Assembly (NCBI RefSeq): GCF_000018105.1
Contig: NC_009925.1
Coordinates: forward strand, 4,440,001 to 4,472,000
DNA from: Acaryochloris marina MBIC11017
GTDB taxonomy: Bacteria; Cyanobacteriota; Cyanobacteriia; Thermosynechococcales; Thermosynechococcaceae
DNA length: 32,000 nt
Direction of reading: 5' to 3'
A program made the translations under genes and the position numbers. Below are positions 1 through 10,433 of the stretch, piece by piece; the stretch's first letter is position 1; each line of letters opens with the position of its first letter. The notes beneath the pieces are model-generated. The model did not search any database. It saw only the letters and a list, made by a program, of their open reading frames with translations, and was not told the origin of the DNA.

Positions 1-105
1 AGTACTGCGTTGATTTTACGCATTTTTGCGGAAGCGAACATGCCTAAAACTTGATATTCCTAGATTAAGTGCACAAACTTGTTGTCCTTTACCCTTTGAG
101 TTGCT

Positions 106-414
106 ATGGTACCCAGCTATGACATAGCCAATAGCTACAAAAACATTATGGAAATTCTGGTTGACGAAGAAATCGATCAGCAAACTTGTGCTTGGTCCTT
201 AGAGGAGGCTCAACGGATTAACCGTATTGAGGTGGCCGCCCATGCCCTCAATCACTTGCCTCCCCTTTATGCGTCTAGTCAAGAAGGAGTGGCGCTCCAG
301 TATGAACGTGCTCAACGGGAGCATCAGGGTGATATTACAACAGCCGTCACTGATGCCTTAACAGCGGTTAAGCGCATTCCTTGGAAAGGGTCTACCCCTT
401 TTGATGTGCGCTAA
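106..414 (+). CDS. ComFB-like small protein (late competence development protein family)
   Basis: 102-codon ORF. YKNIMEILVDEEI and EVAAHALNHLPPLYASSQEG resemble the ComFB family as seen in cyanobacteria. Recognised from memory, not searched. Confidence 0.5.
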   Translation: MVPSYDIANSYKNIMEILVDEEIDQQTCAWSLEEAQRINRIEVAAHALNHLPPLYASSQEGVALQYERAQREHQGDITTAVTDALTAVKRIPWKGSTPFDVR

Positions 415-462
415 AGAGAGAGCTTTGAACGCTGCTACTCAATTTTGCCCTGTGATAAGGGC

Positions 463-1893
463 CTACTTTGATTGTGATAGAAGAGTTTTGGCCTGTTCTA
501 GTGCGTTTTGCACTTGAGTGAATCCTGTTCCACCAAAGCTATTGCGGACGGCAACGACTTGTCGGGGTGAAATGGCTGAATAGATATCGTCAGCGAACTG
601 GGGATGAAACTGCTGCCATTCCTCTAGCGTTAAGTCTTTGAGTAGCTTGTTTTGGGAGAGACATGTTTTCACCACAGCACCAACGATATTGTAGGCTTCC
701 CGAAAGGGCACTCCTTGCTTGGATAAATAGTCTGCGACATCCGTGGCATTGGAAAAATCTTCGCCCACTGCAGATTCAAGACGTGGGGTTTGGAATTCTA
801 AGCCCTCTGCCACCAAAATAGTCATGGCCTCTAAACAAGCCTTAATCGTTGTCACACCATCAAAAATGGCTTCTTTATCTTCTTGTAGATCCTTGTTATA
901 GGCTAAGGGCAACCCTTTCATTACAACCAGTAAGCTTTGCAAATGCCCAAAAACCCGCCCTGATTTGCCCCGTACCAATTCGGGAACATCAGGATTTTTC
1001 TTTTGGGGCATGATGCTGGAGCCTGTCGCACAGCTATCCTTCAGTTTGATGAATCCAAACTCTTCCGAGGCCCAAAGGATGACTTCTTCTGAAAAGCGGC
1101 TGAGATGCACCATGATTAGACTGGCTGCACAGAGAAACTCAATCGCAAAATCGCGATCGCTGACGCCATCCAAACTATTGCGATACAGATCGGCAAACCC
1201 TAGCTTGTCGGCGGTGTATTGGCGGTCGATAGGGAAAGGCGTTCCGGCTAAGGCTCCTAAACCTAGAGGAGAAACATTGACGCGCCGATCAATTTCCCTC
1301 AGACGCTGCCAGTCTCGTTCAGCCATTTCAAAGTAGGCCAACAGGTGATGGGCTAAGCTGATCGGCTGAGCCCGCTGTAAATGGGTATATCCAGGAATAA
1401 GTGTCTGTACATGATCGCTGGCTAAGATGACGAGTGCTTGTTGCCAGTTCCGAATCAGTGTTTGAACTTGCAGAATTTGATCATGTAGATAGAGACGAAG
1501 ATCGGTACCTACTTGGTCATTCCGCGAACGCCCCGTATGCAGTTTTTTGCCTGTGTCGCCGATCAGTTCAATTAAGCGGTTTTCGACGGCAAAATGGATG
1601 TCTTCCGCTTCAATGCCAGGCTGAAATTGACCTTGGCGATATTCTTGCCGAATGGCCTCTAGCCCTTGATCAATGGCATCGGCTTCTGCTTGAGAAATAA
1701 TGCCACTGTGGGCCAACATCTGCACATGAGCTTGTGAACCCGTTAGATCATATTCAATCAAGGCGATGTCGAAATGAATGCTGGCATTAAAAGCAGCAAT
1801 CACAGGATTTAAGGCAGATTCAAATCTTTGACTCCAAACTTTGGAGTCAGAAGAGTCAGAGCTGTTTGTAGGAGGTACGGGAGAAGATGTCAA
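463..1893 (-). CDS. argH: argininosuccinate lyase
   Basis: 476-aa ORF. It has the N-terminal WSQRFE motif and the fumarate-lyase signature [12 protein letters not shown]. Length is typical of ArgH. Confidence 0.95.
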   Translation of the reverse strand: MTSSPVPPTNSSDSSDSKVWSQRFESALNPVIAAFNASIHFDIALIEYDLTGSQAHVQMLAHSGIISQAEADAIDQGLEAIRQEYRQGQFQPGIEAEDIHFAVENRLIELIGDTGKKLHTGRSRNDQVGTDLRLYLHDQILQVQTLIRNWQQALVILASDHVQTLIPGYTHLQRAQPISLAHHLLAYFEMAERDWQRLREIDRRVNVSPLGLGALAGTPFPIDRQYTADKLGFADLYRNSLDGVSDRDFAIEFLCAASLIMVHLSRFSEEVILWASEEFGFIKLKDSCATGSSIMPQKKNPDVPELVRGKSGRVFGHLQSLLVVMKGLPLAYNKDLQEDKEAIFDGVTTIKACLEAMTILVAEGLEFQTPRLESAVGEDFSNATDVADYLSKQGVPFREAYNIVGAVVKTCLSQNKLLKDLTLEEWQQFHPQFADDIYSAISPRQVVAVRNSFGGTGFTQVQNALEQAKTLLSQSK

Positions 1894-1929
1894 TATATCA
1901 GGTCCGAAATAATAGAGATTCAGTCGCTG

Positions 1930-2151
1930 CTAATAGGATGTAATGCTGCGGAACACATAGCCAACAATAAAACCGATGATCAGGGCCCATACCTGTCCCG
2001 ATTGGATAAAGTTATCCCAGGTAGATTGGAAAGAAGAACCGAGATTATCTTCAAATTGTTGAGCAATCCAGAGGTTGTGGTTGAGCAAATTGAGGCTGGA
2101 CTGAAGGAGAGAGAGGTTCATCTGCATTGATCCTTCAAAGAATATCTTCAT
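1930..2151 (-). CDS. hypothetical small protein with a C-terminal transmembrane helix
   Basis: 73-codon ORF ending in a hydrophobic stretch (VWALIIGFIVGYVF). No family recognised. The start is ambiguous (M1, M9 or M11). Confidence 0.35.
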   Translation of the reverse strand: MKIFFEGSMQMNLSLLQSSLNLLNHNLWIAQQFEDNLGSSFQSTWDNFIQSGQVWALIIGFIVGYVFRSITSY

Positions 2152-2242
2152 TTGTTATGAAAGCATGCTCAGAGGGAACAGGAACTGTAGATCTTGTGAA
2201 GATTTCTAGAGAAATAGAAGGATAGGAGAGGCATGGGGGGCA

Positions 2243-3139
2243 CTACCCTTTTAATCCGCTCCCAGCTTCAGAAGGAACAATATACCGTTGCATAATCAAG
2301 AAAAATAGTAAGACTGGAGCGATGGAAATCACTGAACCTGCGGCAATTAAACGCCAATTGAGTCCAAAGGCACTAAACAGATTGGACACTGCGAGGGGGA
2401 GGGTGTAATACTCGGGCTGATCCAGAATGATGAGGGGCCATAAAAATTCTCCCCAAGAGCCAATGAAAACGAATATTGCCAGGGTAACTAGGGCGGGTCT
2501 AACCGATGGCAACATAATATGCCACCAAATCCCTAGATCTGTACAGCCGTCGATGCGTGCAGCTTCTTCTAGTTCTTTGGGAACCCCTTGGAAAGCCTGT
2601 CGGAGTAGAAAGATACCAAACGCAGATGCGATCGCAGGAAAAATCACGCCCAGATAGGTATTTTTGAGCCCTAACTCAACCACTAAGACGTAAAGCGGGA
2701 TCATCACAATTTGGAAAGGAATCATAATTGTGGAGACAACGACCGCAAAAATAAAATCCTTACCCTTAAAGTTCAGTCTAGCCAGAGGATAAGCAGCTAG
2801 AGAACTGAACAAAACGTTGAGGGTTACAGTGAGAGATGAAACGAATAGACTGTTGAGAAAATACTGCCCAAAAGGCTGTTGTTGCCAAACAGAGACAAAA
2901 TTGTGCCCAGTGGGATGGATAGGAAATAACTGCTTTAAGAAGAAAACAATATTCTCCAGGGGAGATAAAGACAAGTCTTTCGACGCCGCGACGGGGAAAA
3001 TATTGTCTTCCTGGCCTTTGAAGGCTGTACTAACCAGCCATAATAAAGGCAATAACATAGCCAAGGCAATGACCCCAAGGAGTGCATAGGTTACTCCTTG
3101 TGACAACCATTTCCAATATCGATTTTGCTTGAGCACCAT
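2243..3139 (-). CDS. carbohydrate-type ABC transporter permease (MalG/UgpE-like)
   Basis: 298 aa with multiple hydrophobic segments and the EAA loop motif (KELEEAARIDGCTDLGIWWHIMLP). No cognate ATPase or binding-protein gene is adjacent. Confidence 0.85.
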   Translation of the reverse strand: MVLKQNRYWKWLSQGVTYALLGVIALAMLLPLLWLVSTAFKGQEDNIFPVAASKDLSLSPLENIVFFLKQLFPIHPTGHNFVSVWQQQPFGQYFLNSLFVSSLTVTLNVLFSSLAAYPLARLNFKGKDFIFAVVVSTIMIPFQIVMIPLYVLVVELGLKNTYLGVIFPAIASAFGIFLLRQAFQGVPKELEEAARIDGCTDLGIWWHIMLPSVRPALVTLAIFVFIGSWGEFLWPLIILDQPEYYTLPLAVSNLFSAFGLNWRLIAAGSVISIAPVLLFFLIMQRYIVPSEAGSGLKG

Positions 3140-3324
3140 TGGGCTATTGGCTTAATTAATCCCATTATCCTACCAGCGTCTCCGAAGTAGCTGTCGCTCT
3201 CAAACTAAAAGACGCATTGATATTGATAAGTAGCTAAGCGCACATCAATGGTGCTGGAGCAGTCTTGGAAAGTAATTATAAATCTAATTGTTGTGCCTCT
3301 GACATAGATTGGGGCAATTGCGTC

Positions 3325-3717
3325 CTAGTCTTCATCATCGGTAATCTGTTTTAAATGGATATGCTTTCGTCCAAGGGAAATTTCAAACTCGTCGCCAGGA
3401 GCCAACTCCATCTGCTTGGTATAGGTAGACCCAATCAGCAAATTTCCATTAGATTGAACGCTGATTCGGTAACTAGCATTGCGACCACCCCGACCATTGC
3501 CATTTTGGCTTTTGCCATCTAATTCTACGCCTTCAGCATCAATCAACGCATTGAGAAATTTCATCATGCTAATGCGTTCTGACCCATCCTCATTTAGGGT
3601 AAAGTAACCGCATTCTTTCGCCTTTTCTTCACGACTTAGGTCTTCAAGTTGTTTGACCTTCTCAACTAAGGCTTGTCCGCTTAAAGGCGTCTTACCTTGT
3701 TTTTGCTTTTTAGCCAT
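3325..3717 (-). CDS. cyanobacterial AbrB-family (cyAbrB) transcriptional regulator
   Basis: The C-terminal AbrB/SpoVT-like domain (SNGNLLIGSTYTKQMELAPGDEFEISLGRKHIHLKQ) and the N-terminal MAKKQKQGK...KECGYF region are typical of the cyAbrB clade. I place the start at internal Met28 of the 157-aa track ORF (ATG at 3717). Confidence 0.75.
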   Translation of the reverse strand: MAKKQKQGKTPLSGQALVEKVKQLEDLSREEKAKECGYFTLNEDGSERISMMKFLNALIDAEGVELDGKSQNGNGRGGRNASYRISVQSNGNLLIGSTYTKQMELAPGDEFEISLGRKHIHLKQITDDED

Positions 3718-5016
3718 GAGTTTATCAATCCTATTCTGCAATATCACCTGTTGAGACAAGCATAATATATGCTGCTTCTTGTCATCAATAAAGCACAAAT
3801 GTAATCGCTAAATTTTTTTTAGACCAAATGCATAGTTTCCCCCCTTGACTTGAATGAGATGCGGCGATGATTATCTATCAAAATTTAGGAAAAATGCGAG
3901 AATAACAGTCTTGGTGAGTTTTATGAAGAAAATAAATGATATTTTAGGCTGCTCACTAATAAAACTCTCTTCTGCTGAAGACATGCTATTTTCTCTCCCC
4001 CTAAGTCTGTGAACCTTCTCATCTATGAGCTTGAAATCCCACTATTAAGGAATGAAGAGCGGGATTTCTTTGTTAACAAAATAGCAATAAACTCTATAGT
4101 TTTTCACGTATAGGGACCTAATCTCAAGGGATAAGTGTGGATAGATATTAGGTTATTTAGAAGTATATCGAAGTGCGATATACTGCCCGCCCGTAAACTA
4201 ACGGTTGCCGGAGGTCAGGGGCTGCCGACTACTATGTGTAGTTTCAAAAAAGCCGATTAAAACGGCTACCATAAATATCAGCTCATCTACTGTCCAAAAT
4301 AGGTCAGATTTCTAGCCCATAAACTGAGATTGAGCATCGAGTTTATAGATTTTGCCATTGGCCACAATGATAGGTCAATCTGAAAGGCAACTTTCTGAGA
4401 ATAAGTAAAAATAGTTACAGGAATAAAATAGATGCTCAAGCAAAATTGTAGTCAATATTGGCTCTCCGGGAATTAGCGTGGTAGCCGCTAGATATAGTGT
4501 TTAGGTCACATCAAATGTCTGATACCCATTGAGGTCGAGAGAAATCCTTTGGAAGAGTCTTTCAATATCGAAAATACCGTAGTCCTAGAAATTCCCTGTG
4601 ACCGTGTTTGTATCTTCAATCTGTGAGTCTACATCTAATAGGCTACTTAGCTCCAGTTCCGCTTTAAGTCGTTCGATAGCTTGCCGGAATGGGATACTTC
4701 TTATAATTCACCCAAATCTCCAGTGTTGGTATCGTACTTGTCGATTCAGGCGTATAAAGTACTTTTTGGACTTCAGTACAAAGACACTCTGATGTTTCCC
4801 AGCGAAGTCATAGAAGTCGATGAGTAATGGAAAGTGTCCTTTCATAGATTATGAAGTGATTTTCGACCAGCCCAGACTATACTACTGCACGTAATCCTTT
4901 TCCTCTAACTTTAGGCGTATGCTGATCCGTCCAGCCAAAAGCCATCATTAACCAGAAAAATAGTTTGATCATCAGCAGCAGCAATCGCTTAAGCGTGAAT
5001 TTTCGCTCGTTCTTAC

Positions 5017-6003
5017 TTACCGCGAATGTTTGAGGAAAAAGTCAATAATCATGGCACTCGCATTGATATCCTTCGACACCCTGCCAATCAATTTGGGTCT
5101 CAGGTACTGCGCACCACCAGGCCAAGTGTGCCCCCCACCAATAACTTTTACAAGAGTCACCTCAGTCTGATCAGCACACCCCGTATATTGTTCCATCTCA
5201 ACCCTTGTATTATCGTTAGGATCCTTATTTGGAAGTAATGTTTTCTTGGACTTAGCGTGACAGTTGTTGCGAAGACGAAAATGTTCAATGGTGTTGGCTG
5301 TGGAGAGTATTTCACCGCGACTGCGGCCAAACTTAAACAGACGAACATGCCCACCCTGATAAGGCACAATCGGATCCTCGGTTCCGTTGATGATCATGAC
5401 TGAAATCGGCTGATTAGAAGTCTTATGCTGCAGGGCGAGGGGAAGTTGTGCAGTTACAGGTGCGATCGCAGTGATTTTGTCCGATAGATCTAACGCCAAG
5501 CGTACTGACATAAACCCACCATTAGAAATACCGGTAACGTAGACCCGTTGGGCGTCAACGCCATAGTCATCTATCATGCGGTCAATGACTTTAGAAATAA
5601 AGCCAACATCATCGTGGGATTTATTGCGCTTCAAATGCTGCGTTCGCCCATCACTCCATTGGCGGTTCATACCATCTGGGAAAACCAAAATGACGCCTCG
5701 CTGGTTAGCAATGGTCTTGAACTGGCCTTGAGAAAGCGCTTGATCAAACTGGCGTCCTGTTCCACCTCCTCCATGCAGGGCCAATACCAATGGCAGTGAC
5801 TTCTGTCGGTTAAACCCTTCAGGTAAGTAAATATGATAGGTTCGCTGGATGCCTTCATGCCTAACCCGTTCCGTCAGGCTTTTGGCAGAATGGATCTTTG
5901 AGTTTGGGGGAGTTATAGAACTGGCCTGGCATCCGACACACAATAGAATGGATGACGCCATCACACAAACGCCACACCCAATGGCCTGTTCAAATCTCCT
6001 CAT
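5017..6003 (-). CDS. PHB-depolymerase-family esterase (LpqC-like), probable lipoprotein
   Basis: Motifs are LHGGGGTG, VFPDG and the nucleophile elbow GISNGG. The likely start is Met18 (ATG at 6003), followed by a signal peptide with the lipobox-like LLCVGC. Confidence 0.75.
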   Translation of the reverse strand: MRRFEQAIGCGVCVMASSILLCVGCQASSITPPNSKIHSAKSLTERVRHEGIQRTYHIYLPEGFNRQKSLPLVLALHGGGGTGRQFDQALSQGQFKTIANQRGVILVFPDGMNRQWSDGRTQHLKRNKSHDDVGFISKVIDRMIDDYGVDAQRVYVTGISNGGFMSVRLALDLSDKITAIAPVTAQLPLALQHKTSNQPISVMIINGTEDPIVPYQGGHVRLFKFGRSRGEILSTANTIEHFRLRNNCHAKSKKTLLPNKDPNDNTRVEMEQYTGCADQTEVTLVKVIGGGHTWPGGAQYLRPKLIGRVSKDINASAMIIDFFLKHSR

Positions 6004-6189
6004 ATCAGCGACTCCTCTGCATCTTTTGACAATTGGGTGACTTGAGTCTCTCACCTAAGTGAGTTTCACCTAGGCTTAGACTTGCTGAGAAAGAGTAGGG
6101 TTCAATTCAGGCCAGGCCGTTTGGATTTTAAGCGGATCAAGAGATGTCCCTTACAGATGGTTTTTACGGTTGGAGCAGCAGGATGACCA

Positions 6190-7977
6190 CTAATTTTTAG
6201 GTTCAGCCGTGGATTTGATCTGCAATTCTTTAAGCTGCTTCTGATCCACACTGGAAGGTGCTTGTGTTAGCAAACAGCGAGCCTGCTGGGTTTTGGGAAA
6301 TGCAATTGTGTCTCGAATCGATTCTTCACCACTGAGGAGCATCGCCAAACGATCAATGCCATAGGCAATCCCACCGTGGGGGGGAGCACCAAAGTTAAAG
6401 GCATTCAGCAAGAACCCAAATTTATCCTGAGCTTCTTCCTCTGATAAGCCAATGGCGTCAAACACTCGCCGTTGTAAATCTGCTTGATAAATCCTCAGGC
6501 TCCCGCCGCCAATTTCTAAGCCGTTATAGACCAAGTCATAGGCTTGGGCACGGGCCGTTTTTAGATCCGCTTCATCTTCAGGGTAAGGCGCTGTAAAGGG
6601 GTGGTGGAGCGCCTCAAGCCTCTTTTCATCGGCGTTCCACTCAAACATGGGGAATTCGGTAATCCATAGCAGATCGATTTGGTCCGGATCAATCAGCTTC
6701 ATTTCTGCGCCCAATGCCAATCGTAATCGGGAGAGAGAGGCGTTCACAATTTCTGTGGGACCTGCGCCAAACAGGAGTAAATGACCTGGCTTGGCTCCCG
6801 TTCGCTCTAGCAATTCTGCTGTTTGCTCTGGTGATAGATTATCTTTAATGGCTCCAATCGTATCAATCGCACCATCGTCTTTAACCCGGATATAGGCAAG
6901 ACCTTTAGCCCCACCTGCACTGGCTTCAGAGAATAAATCACCACCGGGTTTAATGCGAACGTTGGAAATCTTGGCATTGCCATCAGGGATAGGTAGAACT
7001 TTAACTTGTCCGCCTTTTTTAATCGCCCCTGAGAACACCTTGAATCCTGAATCTTCGAGCAGATCAGAAACATTGACTAACTCCAGATCAAACCGGGTAT
7101 CTGGACGATCGGTGCCAAAGCGTTCCATGGCTTCGGCATAGGTCATCTGTGGGAATGTCTTCGGCAAGTCAATATCTTTGAGGGTCTTGAAGACATGCCG
7201 CATTAAGTCTTCATTGAGCTGAATGATTTCCTCTTGGGACATGAAGCTCATTTCCATGTCCAGCTGCGTAAATTCAGGTTGGCGGTCGGCTCGTAAGTCC
7301 TCATCCCGGAAACAGCGGGCAATTTGGTAATAGCGATCAAACCCAGACACCATCAGCAATTGCTTAAAAATCTGAGGTGACTGAGGCAGGGCAAACCATT
7401 CTCCCGGATTGGCTCGACTGGGTACCAAGTAGTCTCGTGCGCCTTCAGGGGTGGAGCGAGTTAAGACGGGGGTTTCAATATCTACGAAGTTCTGCTGATC
7501 TTCCAAATAGCGACGAATCGATTGAATTAACCGATGCCGCATCATGATGTTTTGATGCATGCGATCGCGTCGCAAATCCAAATACCGATACTTGAGGCGC
7601 AGCTCTTCTTTGACCGATTCCACATCAGCCGTAGAGACCTGAAAGGGCAACTGCTGGTGAACCGCATTGAGCAGCTCAATCTGATCAGCGTAGATTTCAA
7701 CTTCTCCGGTGGGCAAGCGAGGATTGAGGGAATCATCCGGACGACGACTGACCTCACCATGAATCCGAACCACATACTCATTTCGGAGGGCATCTGCTTG
7801 GGGATAGGCTTCAGGGGTTCGTTCCGGGTCACTGACAATTTGGATCAGACCCGTTCGATCGCGCACGTCCAAAAAAATCACGCCACCATGATCTCGACGG
7901 CGATCTACCCAGCCACAGAGGGTAACCCGTTCACCCACATGATCATTTCGTAATTCACTGCAATAGTGGGTTCGCAT
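6190..7977 (-). CDS. aspS: aspartate--tRNA ligase
   Basis: [10 protein letters not shown] is the usual AspRS N-terminus (Met10 of the track ORF). Class II motifs [18 protein letters not shown] and GGGSLRI are present, and the protein is about 595 aa. Confidence 0.95.
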   Translation of the reverse strand: MRTHYCSELRNDHVGERVTLCGWVDRRRDHGGVIFLDVRDRTGLIQIVSDPERTPEAYPQADALRNEYVVRIHGEVSRRPDDSLNPRLPTGEVEIYADQIELLNAVHQQLPFQVSTADVESVKEELRLKYRYLDLRRDRMHQNIMMRHRLIQSIRRYLEDQQNFVDIETPVLTRSTPEGARDYLVPSRANPGEWFALPQSPQIFKQLLMVSGFDRYYQIARCFRDEDLRADRQPEFTQLDMEMSFMSQEEIIQLNEDLMRHVFKTLKDIDLPKTFPQMTYAEAMERFGTDRPDTRFDLELVNVSDLLEDSGFKVFSGAIKKGGQVKVLPIPDGNAKISNVRIKPGGDLFSEASAGGAKGLAYIRVKDDGAIDTIGAIKDNLSPEQTAELLERTGAKPGHLLLFGAGPTEIVNASLSRLRLALGAEMKLIDPDQIDLLWITEFPMFEWNADEKRLEALHHPFTAPYPEDEADLKTARAQAYDLVYNGLEIGGGSLRIYQADLQRRVFDAIGLSEEEAQDKFGFLLNAFNFGAPPHGGIAYGIDRLAMLLSGEESIRDTIAFPKTQQARCLLTQAPSSVDQKQLKELQIKSTAEPKN

Positions 7978-8497
7978 ACCTGATTGATCCAGCTCCCTCT
8001 TCAAACAACAAGATTCCCCAACTCAGGAGGAAATTATCATTGCACCTTGGCAAACTCACCTATTATCGCAGCTATTAACCTTGGATTTAGATCCGGATCA
8101 AAATCTATGAGAAAGGTTATTTTCTTGGGACTTCCTAGCTTCTCAAGGATCAAAATAGGAGTGGTGACTCTGGGTAAAAACTACCCCTTCTCATTGCCAA
8201 CGTTCCTGGAACACTTGATAAATAGGGCATAGTTTCTAATCACAGCTAAATCCCAAAACGATTCATCTTGCATGGGGTAAATGAATCGTTTCAACTGATT
8301 AGCCCGTTAGGAAAAAGAACACTCCCAAGTCCAGCTATGGACGACTCTGCCAAACGACTGATGAGCACACGCAAATATTACTCAGACTGTAATATGGTCC
8401 CCGTTCTAGAGTTGCTATGTTTGGCTAGGGTTCCTACTTCTACTTGCGCTTAAGCTTTCGACCCTGAGGTTTTTGGGGTGCCTCATGCTCTCTCCTT

Positions 8498-8701
8498 TTA
8501 TTCAGCATCATCGGGATTTTCTTCAGATGGAATGGGAGCCCGTTCTACTAGCCCCATAGTGAAGGCTTCATCTGGCAGCTCACTCACCTTATAACGCCCA
8601 GGTTGAAACATCCGGCTCGGCGTTAGGCAAAGCTGTTTCAGAATCACAATCTCATTTTGCAAATATGCATCCCGAGACAATCGACGTTCTAAAGGCATCA
8701 C
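8498..8701 (-). CDS. hypothetical small acidic-tailed protein
   Basis: 67-codon ORF lying same-strand directly downstream of the DUF1361-like gene. No family recognised. Confidence 0.3.
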   Translation of the reverse strand: MMPLERRLSRDAYLQNEIVILKQLCLTPSRMFQPGRYKVSELPDEAFTMGLVERAPIPSEENPDDAE

Positions 8702-8753
8702 TGATTCTCCACATGGGGTTCATGCCCCTATTCTGGCATGACCCAACCAGGGT

Positions 8754-9410
8754 TCAATACAGATCTTGATCTGGCGCCAAACCTCGGTTCGCTCTGCGAA
8801 CATGCTGAACCCTCAACACAAGACCCAGGGTAATTTGTTTCATGATCCAATAGAACAGAATCAGCACCACCACAGTAATTAGAACCACGACAACCGGAAA
8901 CTTTGAAGTGAGTTCATTCATGCTGACCAGCAAGACGTTTTTGGGATTGGTGATCAGATCCCAGCTGTTGAAGCGGATAAACCGCCCCAGATAAATGCCA
9001 ATGGCACAGAGAATATGCACCAGAATCTCTGCCCCCTTCACAAACTGACCTGCCCCCTGTTTCTTCAGGTAATGTCCCTGATTAATCAAAGAGACGACAT
9101 AGGCTTCAAACCCCGCCAAAATCGCAAAAGTATGGAGGGGGATAAAAAACAAGGTGACAATCCAAATCGATTCCGTACTGCGCGCTGCCCCCACTAAGTG
9201 AATAATGTCTGTTAGCAGATAGGGGGCATTGGGTAAAAAGGCAATAAATGAAACTAACGCAATCCACCAGACCAGGGTTCGCGACTGATGGGGCCATCGA
9301 AACAGCCAAAAACTCAACGTCATGGGAATAAAGGCCAAAAAAAGATTCCAGACAATCCAACCGCTATATCCGTTAAATTCTCCTAAATATTCGCCCAGAA
9401 TGCGTTCCAT
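8754..9410 (-). CDS. DUF1361-like integral membrane protein
   Basis: Polytopic membrane protein. WNLFLAFIP and PNAPYLLTDIIHL resemble DUF1361. The start is placed at Met17 (MERILGEY, ATG at 9410). Confidence 0.55.
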   Translation of the reverse strand: MERILGEYLGEFNGYSGWIVWNLFLAFIPMTLSFWLFRWPHQSRTLVWWIALVSFIAFLPNAPYLLTDIIHLVGAARSTESIWIVTLFFIPLHTFAILAGFEAYVVSLINQGHYLKKQGAGQFVKGAEILVHILCAIGIYLGRFIRFNSWDLITNPKNVLLVSMNELTSKFPVVVVLITVVVLILFYWIMKQITLGLVLRVQHVRRANRGLAPDQDLY

Positions 9411-9513
9411 AGTCCTATTGTGATTGTCCTGTCTACTGCGAACTGCAAGGTCGTGCAACCATCATCCCCTGCCTTATTAGAATGAGAAGGTGATCATTAT
9501 CACGAAGTTCCAA

Positions 9514-10155
9514 ATGCACGTTCTTGGCCTCGATACGACTAGCTCAGCGTTAACCTTAGGGATCTCCAACTTTGCGCAAATTAACCGTTATCAAACCTGG
9601 GATTTAGGCCGTGATATTTCCATTCACCTTCATGACTATTTAAAGGACTTCCTAGCGCCCCTCTCTTGGTCTGACTTGGGGTGGCTAGTAGTTGCTCAAG
9701 GCCCTGGCAGCTTTACTGGTACCCGTATTGGAGTGGTAACAGCACGAACCTTGGCCCAGCAGCTCAACATTCCTCTTTACGGTGTTTCCACCCTGACGGC
9801 TCAAGCGTATGCCTATGCAAGTAGCCTATCAAAAGTACATGAGGATGAGCTGATAGCGGTGGAGTATCCGGGACAGCGTGGATCAGTCTATGGCAGTCTT
9901 TTCACTTGGGACGCATCTACTCAGGCGTTATCGACCTACAAACCCCTCCAGTACGTTGAGCTAGAGGTGTGGCAACATCTTCTATCCACTGAGAAGATTC
10001 ACCATCATCTCTACCCCGACACCGTTGACCCCCAAGGCATTTGCCAAGCCATGATTTCCTTAGCCCATCAACGATGGCAGGCTGGGCAGCAACCCACCTG
10101 GCAAGAAATTCTGCCCTACTATGGCTCTCTCGCAGCAAGTCCACCCTCACGCTAA
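9514..10155 (+). CDS. tsaB: tRNA threonylcarbamoyladenosine biosynthesis protein TsaB (YeaZ)
   Basis: Motifs are VLGLDTTSSALTLGI and GPGSFTGTRIGVVTARTLAQQLNIPLYGVS. The ATG at 9514 is preferred over the GTG at 9490. Confidence 0.85.
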   Translation: MHVLGLDTTSSALTLGISNFAQINRYQTWDLGRDISIHLHDYLKDFLAPLSWSDLGWLVVAQGPGSFTGTRIGVVTARTLAQQLNIPLYGVSTLTAQAYAYASSLSKVHEDELIAVEYPGQRGSVYGSLFTWDASTQALSTYKPLQYVELEVWQHLLSTEKIHHHLYPDTVDPQGICQAMISLAHQRWQAGQQPTWQEILPYYGSLAASPPSR

Positions 10156-10167
10156 CCCATCACAATA

Positions 10168-10212
10168 TGCAATACCCCCCTTTTCTCAGGTAGAGAAAAG
10201 GGGGGTATTGCA
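10168..10212. terminator. perfect 20-bp stem / 5-nt loop hairpin between convergent tsaB and tatA (candidate bidirectional terminator)
   Basis: TGCAATACCCCCCTTTTCTC aggta GAGAAAAGGGGGGTATTGCA. It starts 13 nt after the tsaB stop and ends 33 nt before the tatA stop. There is no clean U-tract on either strand. Confidence 0.55.
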
Positions 10213-10244
10213 TTAAACCCAGAAAGGATTGCTGCTGGGCAAAT

Positions 10245-10409
10245 CTAATCTTCAGTTGGCTCTTCTTCTGAGTCACCCTGTAATTCGTCTTTAAAACCTC
10301 TCAGGGATTTCCCTAACGAGGCACCGAGTTCAGGTAACTTCTTGGGACCAAACAGGACAACTGCCGCAAGGGCAATGAGTCCAACTTCCAACCAACCTAA
10401 ACCAAACAT
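10245..10409 (-). CDS. tatA: twin-arginine translocase subunit TatA/E
   Basis: 54-codon ORF below the ORF-track cutoff: MFGLGWLEVGLIALAAVVLFGPKKLPELGASLGKSLRGFKDELQGDSEEEPTED. It has the canonical TatA TM helix, the FGPKKLPELG hinge and an amphipathic helix. It begins 25 nt downstream of psb27 on the same strand. Confidence 0.85.
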   Translation of the reverse strand: MFGLGWLEVGLIALAAVVLFGPKKLPELGASLGKSLRGFKDELQGDSEEEPTED

Positions 10410-10433
10410 ATGCAGATTCCTTCAAAGAGGGGG

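Noticed and set aside
4184-4245. The GC-rich islet as SRP RNA, tmRNA or RNase P RNA.
   Set aside because: Superficial resemblances (GGGGCTG.., CCGGAGGTCAGG) do not extend to the conserved cores of these RNAs as I recall them. I left it as an unexplained structured islet in the findings.
4598-4792. A 64-codon plus-strand ORF in the AT-rich desert.
   Set aside because: It has a GTG start, a Ser/Leu/Arg/Cys-rich improbable sequence and no RBS. The opposite strand shows the more gene-like remnant.
7984-8453. Plus-strand ORFs 7984..8232 (82 aa) and 8268..8453 (61 aa) in the aspS upstream spacer.
   Set aside because: The first overlaps the aspS 5' end antisense. Both have non-protein-like composition and no start context, and the second spans the 11-bp hairpin.
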